In this document: positions 29,954-39,185 of the stretch, piece by piece
How positions within the stretch are numbered: position 1 is the stretch's first letter
Layout of the letters: every line of letters starts with the position of its first letter
Source of the DNA: Microbacterium sp.
Lineage (GTDB): Bacteria; Actinomycetota; Actinomycetes; Actinomycetales; Microbacteriaceae
Assembly: GCF_039812165.1 (NCBI RefSeq)
Contig: NZ_JBDIAB010000001.1
Coordinates: 5,193 to 69,192 of the forward strand
Reading direction: 5' to 3'
DNA: 64,000 nucleotides
Position numbers and translations under genes: made by a program
The notes under the pieces: model-generated
What the model was told of the DNA's origin: nothing
The model's input: only the letters and a program-made list of their open reading frames with translations
The model's database searches: none

Positions 29954-31218
29954 GCGCCGTCGACGCGGCCCCGCCGCAGCCGTCGAAGTGGCACGAGGCG
30001 TTCCTGCGGATCACGCAGAAGGGCTGGCTCGTCTCCGTCCTGGCGATGGTCCTCGCCGTCATCGCGGGCGGGCTCCTCATCGCCGTGACCGACGAGAACG
30101 TCCAGAAGGCCGCGGGATACTTCTTCGCGCGGCCCGGCGACACGTTCGCGGCGATCTGGGATGCCGTCGCCGGCGCCTACGCGGCGTTCTTCCGCGGCGC
30201 GGTGTTCAACCCGGGCGCGCCGACCTTCGCGCGCGCCATCCGGCCCCTCACCGAGACGCTGACCTTCGCGACCCCGCTCATCGCGGCGGGCCTGGGCGTC
30301 GCCCTGGCCTTCCGCATCGGGATGTTCAACATCGGCGGTCGCGGTCAGATGCTCATGGCAGCGGCCGGCGCGGGCTGGATCGCCGGCTCGTTCGAGCTGC
30401 CGTGGGGCCTCCACATGATCCTCGCCGTCGTCGCCGGCATCGTCGCCGCCGCCCTCTGGGCCGGCATCGCGGGGTTCCTGAAGGCCACCACGGGCGCCCA
30501 CGAGGTGATCGTCACGATCATGCTCAACTACGTCGCCATCTACCTGCTGCTGTTCATGCTGCGCCGCCCGGGCCTCCTGCAGGCCCCGGGCCAGAGCAAC
30601 CCCATCTCGCCGGCGGCCAAGCCCACGGCCGTCTTCCCCGATCTGCTCGGACCGCAGTTCAACCTGCACTTCGGGCTGGTCCTCGTGATCCTCGCGACCG
30701 TGCTGGTGTGGTGGATCCTCGACCGCTCCGCCCTCGGCTTCAAGTTCCGCGCTGTCGGCGAGAACCCCAACGCCGCGCGGGTCGCGGGCATCGACGTCAA
30801 GCGCATGTACGTGTACGGCATGCTGATCTCCGGCGCCCTCATCGGCCTCGCCGGGGCGAGCCAGGTGCTCGGCACGATCACGACCGGCTTCACCGTCGAC
30901 ATCGACGCCGGCATCGGCTTCGACGCGATCACGGTGGCCCTCCTCGGCCGATCGACCCCCTGGGGCACGCTCGCCGCCGGCATCCTGTTCGGCGCGTTCA
31001 AGGCGGGCGGCTTCTCGATGCAGGCCGCCGAGGGGGTGCCGGTCGAGATCGTCGTCGTCGTGCAGTCGCTCATCGTGCTGTTCATCGCGGCGCCGCCGCT
31101 CGTGCGGGCGATCTTCTTCCTGCCCTCACCGGAACGCGATCGCAAGAGAGCGGAGCGCGCGCACGAGAAGGCGCTCAAGGCCGCCGCCCGCAACGAGCTC
31201 GAGGGGGTGGCCAAGTGA
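29950..31218 (+). CDS. Nucleoside ABC transporter permease
   Basis: FNIGGRGQ, EVIVTIMLN, GFDAITVALLG. Confidence 0.9.
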   Translation: MSAVDAAPPQPSKWHEAFLRITQKGWLVSVLAMVLAVIAGGLLIAVTDENVQKAAGYFFARPGDTFAAIWDAVAGAYAAFFRGAVFNPGAPTFARAIRPLTETLTFATPLIAAGLGVALAFRIGMFNIGGRGQMLMAAAGAGWIAGSFELPWGLHMILAVVAGIVAAALWAGIAGFLKATTGAHEVIVTIMLNYVAIYLLLFMLRRPGLLQAPGQSNPISPAAKPTAVFPDLLGPQFNLHFGLVLVILATVLVWWILDRSALGFKFRAVGENPNAARVAGIDVKRMYVYGMLISGALIGLAGASQVLGTITTGFTVDIDAGIGFDAITVALLGRSTPWGTLAAGILFGAFKAGGFSMQAAEGVPVEIVVVVQSLIVLFIAAPPLVRAIFFLPSPERDRKRAERAHEKALKAAARNELEGVAK

Positions 31219-32501
31219 GCGCGCCGCACGTCTCCACCGCCGGTCTCATGCCCGACGTCCCCGCGACGACCGTCGTCCGCTCGTACAAGGCGCCGGTCGC
31301 GCTCGCCGCGTTCGCGATCCTGTTCGCGCTGCTGGTGCTGCTCGCCCCCCGCACGGGGCAGGCGACGCTGCGCCTGTCGAACGACTCGGACGCGATCCAG
31401 CTGCCGGCCCTGTCGCTCCCGGTCGCCGCGACCGGCTGGGTCTGCCTCGTCCTGATGCTGCTCCTCACGGCCGGGGCCCTGTACTTCGTGCGGGCCCAGG
31501 GCCGCGCGCCGCTGTGGATCGTGATCGTGTACATCCTCGTCGCGATCGTCGGCTTCCTCGGCTGGGCGGCGGCCGGGGCGACGATCCCCGTCGTGGGCCT
31601 CCTCGCCGGGGCCGTCGCCCTCGCCGTGCCGCTCATCTACGGCGCGCTCGGCGGCGTGATCGGCGAGCGCGCGGGCGTCGTGAACATCGCGATCGAGGGG
31701 CAGCTGCTCGCCGGCGCCTTCACCGCCGCGATGCTGTCGTCCATCACCCGGCAGCCCCTCATGGGCCTCCTCGGCGCGATGATCGCCGGCATGCTCGTCG
31801 CGGCGGTGCTCGCGACGTTCGCGATCACCTACTTCGTCGACCAGGTGATCGTCGGCGTGGTGCTCAACGTCCTCGTCATCGGCCTCACCTCGTTCCTGTT
31901 CTCGCAGGTGCTGCAGCCCAACGCGTCGGTGCTCAACAGCCCGGTGCGGTTCGACCGCGTGCCGATCCCGCTGCTGGCCGACATCCCGGTGCTCGGTCCG
32001 GTGCTGTTCCGCCAGACGATCCTCGTGTACGTCATGTACGCGGCCGTCGCGCTCGTGTACGTCGGGATGTTCCACACCCGGTGGGGCCTGCGGCTGCGTG
32101 CGGTGGGCGAGCACCCCAAGGCCGCCGACACCGTCGGCATCAACGTCAACGCGACGCGGTTCTGGAACGTGCTGCTCGCCGGCGCCATCGCCGGCCTCGG
32201 CGGCACCATCTTCACGATCGGCAACGGCATCCCCTTCAACAAGGAGATGACCGCCGGTGCGGGCTTCATCGCCCTCGCGGCGGTGATCTTCGGCCAGTGG
32301 GATCCGATCAAGGCGACGCTCGCGGCCCTGCTGTTCGGGTTCGCGTCGAGCCTGCAGAACACGCTCAGCGTGATCGGCTCGCCGGTGCCGAGCGAGTTCA
32401 TGCTCATGCTGCCGTACCTCGTGACGATCTTCGTGGTGGCAGGCGTGGTCGGGAAGTCCAGAGCCCCCGCCGCGGACGGCAAACCGTACATCAAGGGATG
32501 A
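31215..32501 (+). CDS. Nucleoside ABC transporter permease
   Basis: ERAGVVNIAIEG, GLRLRAVGEHP, GFIALAA; GTGA coupling to the upstream permease. Confidence 0.9.
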   Translation: MSAPHVSTAGLMPDVPATTVVRSYKAPVALAAFAILFALLVLLAPRTGQATLRLSNDSDAIQLPALSLPVAATGWVCLVLMLLLTAGALYFVRAQGRAPLWIVIVYILVAIVGFLGWAAAGATIPVVGLLAGAVALAVPLIYGALGGVIGERAGVVNIAIEGQLLAGAFTAAMLSSITRQPLMGLLGAMIAGMLVAAVLATFAITYFVDQVIVGVVLNVLVIGLTSFLFSQVLQPNASVLNSPVRFDRVPIPLLADIPVLGPVLFRQTILVYVMYAAVALVYVGMFHTRWGLRLRAVGEHPKAADTVGINVNATRFWNVLLAGAIAGLGGTIFTIGNGIPFNKEMTAGAGFIALAAVIFGQWDPIKATLAALLFGFASSLQNTLSVIGSPVPSEFMLMLPYLVTIFVVAGVVGKSRAPAADGKPYIKG

Positions 32502-32902
32502 CGATGGACATCGACTGGGATGAGCTGCGCGCGGTGGCGGCGGATGCCATGACGCACGCCTACGCGCCGTACTCGCGCTACCGGGTGGGCGCTGCGGCGC
32601 TCGTGTCGGACGGACGGATCGTGTCGGGGTGCAACGTCGAGAACGCCTCGTACGGGGTGGGGCTGTGCGCGGAGTGCGGCCTGGTCTCGGAGCTGCACCG
32701 CTCCGGCGGCGGCGAGCTCGTCGCGTTCGTGTGCGTGAACGGCGACGGCGAGACGATCATGCCGTGCGGCCGGTGCCGTCAGCTCCTGAACGAGTTCGCG
32801 ATCCCCGGCATGCTGCTCGAGACGGTCTCCGGCATCCGCACGATCGACGAGGTCCTGCCCGACGCGTTCGGGCCGCGCGACCTCGAGGAGGCGGCCCGAT
32901 GA
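32498..32902 (+). CDS. cdd: Cytidine deaminase
   Basis: YAPYS, GCNVENASY, CAE, PCGRCRQ. Confidence 0.95.
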   Translation: MTMDIDWDELRAVAADAMTHAYAPYSRYRVGAAALVSDGRIVSGCNVENASYGVGLCAECGLVSELHRSGGGELVAFVCVNGDGETIMPCGRCRQLLNEFAIPGMLLETVSGIRTIDEVLPDAFGPRDLEEAAR

Positions 32903-34194
32903 GCGCCGACGTGGAGCCGTTCGACGCGGTCGACGTGATCCGCACGAAGCGCGACGGCGGCGCGGTGCCCGAGGACGCCCTCCGCTGGATGGTCGACGCG
33001 TACACGCGCGGCTACGTCGCCGACGCGCAGATGGCCGCGTTCGCGATGGCGGTGCTGCTGCGCGGCATGGAGCGCGACGAGATCCGCGTGATGACGGATG
33101 CCATGATCCGCTCCGGCGAGCGGATGAGCTTCGCCGGGCTCGGCAAGGTCACCGTCGACAAGCACTCCACCGGCGGCGTCGGCGACAAGATCACGCTGCC
33201 CCTGGCCCCGCTCGTGGCCTCGTTCGGGGTCGCCGTGCCGCAGCTGTCCGGCCGCGGGCTCGGCCACACCGGTGGCACGCTCGACAAGCTGGAGTCGATC
33301 CCGGGCTGGCGCGCGGCACTGTCGAACGACGAGCTGTTCGCGCAGCTGCGCGACATCGGCGCCGTCATCTGCGCCGCGGGCTCGGGGCTCGCCCCCGCCG
33401 ACAAGAAGCTCTACGCCCTGCGCGACGTCACCGGCACGGTCGAGGCCATCCCGCTCATCGCGTCGAGCATCATGTCGAAGAAGATCGCCGAGGGCACCGA
33501 CTCGCTCGTCCTCGACGTCAAGGTCGGCTCGGGCGCGTTCATGCGCGACCTCGACCGCGCGCGTGAGCTCGCCCGCACGATGGTGGCGCTCGGCACCGAC
33601 TCGGGCGTGGCGACGACCGCGCTCCTGACGAACATGGACACGCCGCTGGGTCTCGCGATCGGCAACGCCAACGAGGTGCGCGAGTCGGTCGAGGTGCTCG
33701 CCGGCGGCGGACCCGCCGACGTCGTGGAGCTGACCGTCGCGCTCGCGCGCGAGATGCTCGCGCTCGCCGGGCACCCCGACGCCGACGTCGAGGCGGCCCT
33801 GCGCGACGGCCGTGCGATGGACACGTGGCGGGCGATGATCCGCGCCCAGGGCGGCGACCCCGACGCGGCGCTGGCGACGCCGCGCGCGGCGCACACGGTC
33901 GTCGCCGAGGCCGCCGGCGTCGTCACGCGCCTCGAGGCGCTGCCGTTCGGCATCGCCGCGTGGCGCCTGGGCGCGGGCCGCGCGCGGGCGCAGGACCCGG
34001 TGGTCCATGCCGCGGGAATCGACCTGCACGTCAAGCCGGGCGACGCCGTGGCCGCCGGCCAGCCGGTGTTCACGCTGCACGCCGACGACGACCAGCGCTT
34101 CGCACGCGCCCTCGACGCGGTCGACGGCGCGTGGGCGATCGGCGCCGACGCACCGGCATCCGCCCCGCTCGTCATCGAGCGCATCACCGCCTGA
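32899..34194 (+). CDS. deoA: Thymidine/pyrimidine-nucleoside phosphorylase
   Basis: DKHSTGGVGDK, SGRGLGHTGGTLDKLE, SIMSKK. Confidence 0.95.
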   Translation: MSADVEPFDAVDVIRTKRDGGAVPEDALRWMVDAYTRGYVADAQMAAFAMAVLLRGMERDEIRVMTDAMIRSGERMSFAGLGKVTVDKHSTGGVGDKITLPLAPLVASFGVAVPQLSGRGLGHTGGTLDKLESIPGWRAALSNDELFAQLRDIGAVICAAGSGLAPADKKLYALRDVTGTVEAIPLIASSIMSKKIAEGTDSLVLDVKVGSGAFMRDLDRARELARTMVALGTDSGVATTALLTNMDTPLGLAIGNANEVRESVEVLAGGGPADVVELTVALAREMLALAGHPDADVEAALRDGRAMDTWRAMIRAQGGDPDAALATPRAAHTVVAEAAGVVTRLEALPFGIAAWRLGAGRARAQDPVVHAAGIDLHVKPGDAVAAGQPVFTLHADDDQRFARALDAVDGAWAIGADAPASAPLVIERITA

Positions 34195-34236
34195 CGCCCG
34201 CCACCCCGTTCCCAGACCCCTGACGAGGACACATCC

Positions 34237-35352
34237 ATGAGCATCGACCAGCACGGCGACGCGACCCTGCAGGGCGTGTCGATCCGCTCGCTCCCCAAGG
34301 TCTCGCTGCACGACCACCTCGACGGCGCCGTCCGCCCGCAGACGGTGATCGAGCTGGCCGACGAGATCGGCCTCGACGTCCCGACGACCGACGCCGACGA
34401 CCTCGCCGACTGGTTCGAGGAGCAGAGCGACTCGGGGTCGCTCGTGGAGTACCTGAAGACGTTCGACCTCACCACCGCGGTCATGCAGACGCGCGAGGGG
34501 CTGCGTCGGGTCGCGCGCGAGTTCGTCGAGGATCTCGCCGACGACGGCGTCGTGTACGGCGAGGTGCGCTGGGCGCCCGAGCTGCACCTGCAGCGCGGCC
34601 TCGGCCTCGCCGATGTGGTCGAGGCCGTGCAGGAGGGCATCGAGGAGGGCGAGGACGCCGTCGACGGCACCGGTCGCGACATCCGCGTCGGGCAGCTCGT
34701 CACCGCCCTGCGCAACACCGACCGCTCGATGGAGATCGCGCGTCTCGCCGTCGAGTACCGCGGCCGCGGCGCCGTGGGCTTCGACATCGCCGGCCCCGAG
34801 GACGGCTTCCCGCCGTCGCGGCACCGTGCGGCGTTCGACTACCTGGCCGCGCACTTCTTCCCGGTCACCGTGCACGCGGGCGAGGCGGCCGGGCTCGAGT
34901 CCATCCGCTCCGCGCTGCTCGACGGCCGCGCCCTGCGGCTCGGCCACGGCGTGCGCATCGCGGAGGACCTCGACGTGGTCTCGCGCGCCGGCGACGAGGT
35001 GCTCGTGCAGTTCGGCGACCTCGCCCGCTGGGTGCGCGACCGGGAGATCCCGCTCGAGCTCTCGCCCTCGTCGAACCTGCAGACCGGTGCGATCGCGACC
35101 TGGGGCACGACTCTCGCCGACCACCCCTTCGACCTGCTCTACCAGCTCGGCTTCGCGGTGACCGTGAACGTCGACAACCGCACGATGAGCCGCACGTCGC
35201 TCACGCGCGAGCTGAGCCTGCTCGCCGACGCCTTCGAGTACACGCTCGACGACCTCGAGGCGTTCCAGCTCAACGCCGCCGCCGGCGCGTTCCTGACCGT
35301 CGAGGAGCGCGAGGAGCTCATCGACATCGTGGGCGAGGGCTTCGAACGCTGA
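34237..35352 (+). CDS. add: Adenosine deaminase
   Basis: PKVSLHDHLDG, HAGE, RLGHG, NVDN. Confidence 0.93.
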   Translation: MSIDQHGDATLQGVSIRSLPKVSLHDHLDGAVRPQTVIELADEIGLDVPTTDADDLADWFEEQSDSGSLVEYLKTFDLTTAVMQTREGLRRVAREFVEDLADDGVVYGEVRWAPELHLQRGLGLADVVEAVQEGIEEGEDAVDGTGRDIRVGQLVTALRNTDRSMEIARLAVEYRGRGAVGFDIAGPEDGFPPSRHRAAFDYLAAHFFPVTVHAGEAAGLESIRSALLDGRALRLGHGVRIAEDLDVVSRAGDEVLVQFGDLARWVRDREIPLELSPSSNLQTGAIATWGTTLADHPFDLLYQLGFAVTVNVDNRTMSRTSLTRELSLLADAFEYTLDDLEAFQLNAAAGAFLTVEEREELIDIVGEGFER

Positions 35353-35391
35353 CGTGCCGCCGGGCGCCGCGCCCGCGTCCGACATGGCGAA

Positions 35392-35422
35392 CCGGCCGGC
35401 CGACGCGAGTCGGACCGGCCGG
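35392..35422. terminator. Hairpin between convergent add and mtlD
   Basis: CCGGCCGG-CCGAC-GCGA-GTCGG-A-CCGGCCGG with a GNRA loop. Confidence 0.5.
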
Positions 35423-35430
35423 ATCGTGCG

Positions 35431-36579
35431 TCAGAGCGCGGCCTGGCGCGCGGCGACGGCCTCCTGCACGCGCGGGAACAGCGGGTGCGACGGCTCCAGG
35501 CCGGTGACGGATGCCGTGAACGACTCGGCGTCCTCCTCGCGGATCCGCCGCTGGAGCTCCACCGACTGCTGGTCCTCCGGATCGTCGAAGGCGAGCGCGG
35601 CCGCCATCGCGCCCACGAGGGCGTCGACCGACAGGCCGCGCTCGGCGGCCTCGGCGGCGGGGCCCACGAAGCGCTCGTGGCGGGACAGCTTGCGCAGCGG
35701 CTGCCGGCCCACGCGCCACACCGTGTCGGGCAGGGCGGGGTTGCGGAAACGGTTCAGGATCGTCGCGCGGTAGGCGGCGAGCTCGCCCACGTCGAGGCCG
35801 TGCTTGGCGGCGAGGAGCGCCGAGGTCTCCTCGAGCGTCGCGGCGACCCTGGCGGCGATCGCGTCGTCGGCGAGGGCGTCCGAGATGCGCTCGATGCCCG
35901 CCTGCGCGCCGTGGTAGGCCGTGGTGGCGTGCCCCGTGTTCACCGTGAAGAGCTTGCGCTCGATGTAGGGCGCGAGGTCGTCCACGAAGTGGGCGCCGGG
36001 GATGCGCGGCGGGTCGTCGCCGAACGGCGTCCGCTCGATCGCCCACTCGAAGAACGGCTCGACGGTCACGTCGACCCCGGCGCCCTCCGGCTGACCGGGG
36101 ACGATGCGGTCGACCGCGGTGTTGGCGAACACCGCGCGCGCGGCCAGGGCGTCCCACGCGTCGCCGGCCTCGGCGCGCATCTCGTCGCGCAGCAGGTCGG
36201 TCGCGTTGATCGCGTTCTCGCACGCCATGATCTGCAGCGGCGGCGACGACGGGTCGCGCAGCGCCAGCGCCGCGATCAGGGGCGGCGCGATGAAGCGCAG
36301 GATCGTCGGCCCCACGGCCGTGGTGACCACGTCGGCGCCGGCGATCTCCTCGATCAGCGCGGGTGCCTGCGTCGCGCTGTTGAGGGCGTGGAAGCCGGTG
36401 ACGACCTTGTCGACGCCGCCCTCCCCGACCTCGTGCACGGTGTACGACGACACCGCGTTGATCGCGTCGACCAGGGGTGCCGCGACATCCGCGAAGGTGA
36501 GCTCGTACCCGCCCTCGTGCAGCAGCAGCCCCACGAACCCGCGGCCGATGTTGCCGGCGCCGAAGTGGACCGCCCTCAT
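35431..36579 (-). CDS. mtlD: Mannitol-1-phosphate 5-dehydrogenase
   Basis: [34 protein letters not shown]. Confidence 0.96.
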   Translation of the reverse strand: MRAVHFGAGNIGRGFVGLLLHEGGYELTFADVAAPLVDAINAVSSYTVHEVGEGGVDKVVTGFHALNSATQAPALIEEIAGADVVTTAVGPTILRFIAPPLIAALALRDPSSPPLQIMACENAINATDLLRDEMRAEAGDAWDALAARAVFANTAVDRIVPGQPEGAGVDVTVEPFFEWAIERTPFGDDPPRIPGAHFVDDLAPYIERKLFTVNTGHATTAYHGAQAGIERISDALADDAIAARVAATLEETSALLAAKHGLDVGELAAYRATILNRFRNPALPDTVWRVGRQPLRKLSRHERFVGPAAEAAERGLSVDALVGAMAAALAFDDPEDQQSVELQRRIREEDAESFTASVTGLEPSHPLFPRVQEAVAARQAAL

Positions 36580-37016
36580 GACTCGTTCACCGTGGCGAGG
36601 AGCGAGAGCAGCTCCTCGGGCGTCTGCGCGGCCTTCAGCTTCGCCACCTCGTCGTCGTCCGAGAACAGCAGCGCGATCTGCGACAGGATCTCGAGGTGCT
36701 CGTCGCCGACCCCGGCGATGCCCATGACGAACGTCACCGGCTCGCCGCCCCAGTCGACGCCGCCGTCGTAGCGGACCACCGAGAGGGCGGAGGCGAGGAT
36801 CGCCTCCTTGGTCTCGTTCGTGCCGTGCGGGATGGCCAGCTCGTTGCCCATGTAGGTGGACACCGTCGCCTCCCGCTGCCGCATCGCGTCGAAGTACGCG
36901 TCGGTGACGGCGCCCGCGGCGGCGAGGATGCCGGCGGCCTCCCTCATCGCCTCCTCCTGGGTCGCGCTGCCGGGGTGGATGCGCACCTGCTCGATGCTGA
37001 GAACCTCGCGTGCCAT
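36576..37016 (-). CDS. mtlF: PTS mannitol EIIA
   Basis: [13 protein letters not shown] phospho-His motif; located between mtlA and mtlD. Confidence 0.9.
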   Translation of the reverse strand: MAREVLSIEQVRIHPGSATQEEAMREAAGILAAAGAVTDAYFDAMRQREATVSTYMGNELAIPHGTNETKEAILASALSVVRYDGGVDWGGEPVTFVMGIAGVGDEHLEILSQIALLFSDDDEVAKLKAAQTPEELLSLLATVNES

Positions 37017-37017
37017 G

Positions 37018-38586
37018 TCAGTGTCCTTCCTGGTTTCCATCCTGATGCTGCCTGCGGACCAGTTCCACGACCTCGTCGTACCGCGGCGAGTTCATGAAGT
37101 TGTCCACCGACACGTGGATCGAGTCGGGCACCTGCGCCCGGGCCCGGTCGGTGAGCTGGTTCTGCGTCACGACCAGGTCGGCCGACGGGTCGAGGTTCGC
37201 GATCGCCTTGTTGACGACGGTCACCCCTTCGATGCCGGCCTTCTTGACCTTGTTGCGCAGCACGCTCGCGCCCATCGCCGACGAGCCCATGCCGGCGTCG
37301 CACGCGAAGACGATGCTCCTGACGAGCCGCTCGGTGGCGACCTGGGCTTCGGTGTTGGCCTCCGCCAGCTCGCTGCCGCCGCGCAGGCCCGCGAGGGCCT
37401 CGGACTTCTTGCCCTTGTTGGCCTCGGTCTTCGCGATCGCCGAGCTGAAGCTGTCGGTGCCCGCCTCGGCGGCCGCCAGGTCGCGCTTGCGCGAGGCCCG
37501 CAGGATCACCGCCGCGATGAGGAACGTGACGGCGGCCGAGAGCACCACCGACAGGATCACCGCGAAGTACGAGCCGTTCGCCGTCTGAGCGAGGACCGCG
37601 ATGATGCTTCCCGGAGCGGCCGGAGCGCGCAGCGCCCCGCCGAGGACCATGTTCGTGGTCACACCGGTCATGCCGCCGGCGATGAGCGCGACGATGAGGA
37701 CCGGCTTCATGAGCGCGAACGGGAAGTACACCTCGTGGATGCCGCCGAAGAACTGGATGATCGCCGCGCCCGGCGCCGACGCCTTGGCGGCCCCGATGCC
37801 GAAGAACGTGAACGCGAGCAGCAGCCCGACGCCCGGGCCGGGGTTCGCCTCGAGGAGGAACAGGATCGACGAGCCCTGCTCGTCGGCCTGCGCGATGCCG
37901 AGCGGCGTGAGCACGCCGTGGTTGATGGCGTTGTTCAGGAAGAACACCTTCGCCGGCTCGATGATGATGCTCGTCAGCGGCAGCAGGTTCGTCTCGACGA
38001 GCCAGTTCACCGCGTTGCCGAGGATCGTCATGAGGCCGTTGACGAGCCAGGCGACCGGGTAGAAGCCCACGATCGCCATCACGAAGCCCCAGATGCCGGC
38101 CGAGAACATGTTCACGAGCATCTCGAACCCGGCGCGGATCTTGCCGTCCCACAGCTGGTCGAGCCTCTTCATCGTGTAGGCGCCGAGCGGGCCCAGGATC
38201 ATCGCTCCGATGAACATGTGCACCTGGCCGAGCTGATCGGCGCCCTCGGGCAGCGACGCGTTGAAGTTCGCGATGAGCTGGTCGGAGCCGGCGATCGCAC
38301 CGAAGGTCGCGATCGAACCGACCACCGCGCCGCGCGGTCCGTAGACGAGGCTGCCGCCGGTGTAGGCGATCAGGATCGGCAGCAGGTAGTGGATCATCGG
38401 GCCGACGATCGTGGCCAGATCCGCGTTCGGGGTCCAGCCGACCGCGATGAAGAACGCGGTGAAGATGCCCCACGCGATCAGGGCGGGGATGTTCGGCATG
38501 ATCATGCCGGACATGAACGTGCCGACGCGCTGGACGGCGACGCGCGCGCCGGGCTTGCGCGGCGCGTCCGTTGACGACGTTGTCAT
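37018..38586 (-). CDS. mtlA: PTS mannitol EIICB
   Basis: MPNIPALIAWG, FLNNAINHG, GGIHE, FACDAGMGSS. Confidence 0.95.
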   Translation of the reverse strand: MTTSSTDAPRKPGARVAVQRVGTFMSGMIMPNIPALIAWGIFTAFFIAVGWTPNADLATIVGPMIHYLLPILIAYTGGSLVYGPRGAVVGSIATFGAIAGSDQLIANFNASLPEGADQLGQVHMFIGAMILGPLGAYTMKRLDQLWDGKIRAGFEMLVNMFSAGIWGFVMAIVGFYPVAWLVNGLMTILGNAVNWLVETNLLPLTSIIIEPAKVFFLNNAINHGVLTPLGIAQADEQGSSILFLLEANPGPGVGLLLAFTFFGIGAAKASAPGAAIIQFFGGIHEVYFPFALMKPVLIVALIAGGMTGVTTNMVLGGALRAPAAPGSIIAVLAQTANGSYFAVILSVVLSAAVTFLIAAVILRASRKRDLAAAEAGTDSFSSAIAKTEANKGKKSEALAGLRGGSELAEANTEAQVATERLVRSIVFACDAGMGSSAMGASVLRNKVKKAGIEGVTVVNKAIANLDPSADLVVTQNQLTDRARAQVPDSIHVSVDNFMNSPRYDEVVELVRRQHQDGNQEGH

Positions 38587-38963
38587 GGCTGACTCTCCTT
38601 TGCAGGGGCCGCGGGGTGCGCGGCTTCGGGTGGCGAGGCGGTGGCCTCGGCGGATTCGGGACGGTCGGCGGCGGCGTCGACGAGGTCGAGCGTCCGGGTG
38701 CCGTCGCGGTCGGAGAAGATGTCGTGCGGCAGCAGGACGACGCGGATGCCGCGGGCTGCGGCATCCCGTCGGATGTCCTCGAACGCGCCGGCCAGGTGCG
38801 GACCGAGCAGCAGCACGTCCGCGACGTCGCGCTCGACCGGCAGCGACGCCTGCGTGCCCGCCGCGGCGGTCACGGCGCGACCGCGTGCCTCGGCGGCGCG
38901 TCGGACGCGCTGCGCGACGAACGTGCTGGAGGCTCCCGCTCCGCAGACGACGAGGATCTTCAT
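38583..38963 (-). CDS. Stand-alone PTS EIIB, lactose/cellobiose type
   Basis: MKILVVCGAGASS, VLLLGPHL; ATGA overlap with mtlA. Confidence 0.8.
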   Translation of the reverse strand: MKILVVCGAGASSTFVAQRVRRAAEARGRAVTAAAGTQASLPVERDVADVLLLGPHLAGAFEDIRRDAAARGIRVVLLPHDIFSDRDGTRTLDLVDAAADRPESAEATASPPEAAHPAAPAKESQP

Positions 38964-39023
38964 CGACCATCCCTTCTGAGGAGATTCTCAGCCTAGGCCG
39001 TGCGTCCGGTCAGGCCCCATCTG

Positions 39024-39041
39024 TTTCCGCGGGTCCGGAAA
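39024..39041. promoter_or_regulatory. Candidate operator between the divergent EIIB-mtlA operon and the PRD regulator
   Basis: Palindrome TTTCCG-N6-CGGAAA about 30 bp upstream of a minus-strand -10 TAGGCT (38990-38995). Confidence 0.45.
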
Positions 39042-39185
39042 GCGCTCCCACCCGCCCCGGGCGCCGTCTCGCACCCGCGAGACCGGATGGAGTCTCGCGG
39101 CCGGGCACGGGACCGCAGCCGCGCGGCTGCTCGCGGGGGCGCGGCGAGCCGCCCGCGCCGGCGGGGTGCGTGGTTGACTGAAAGC

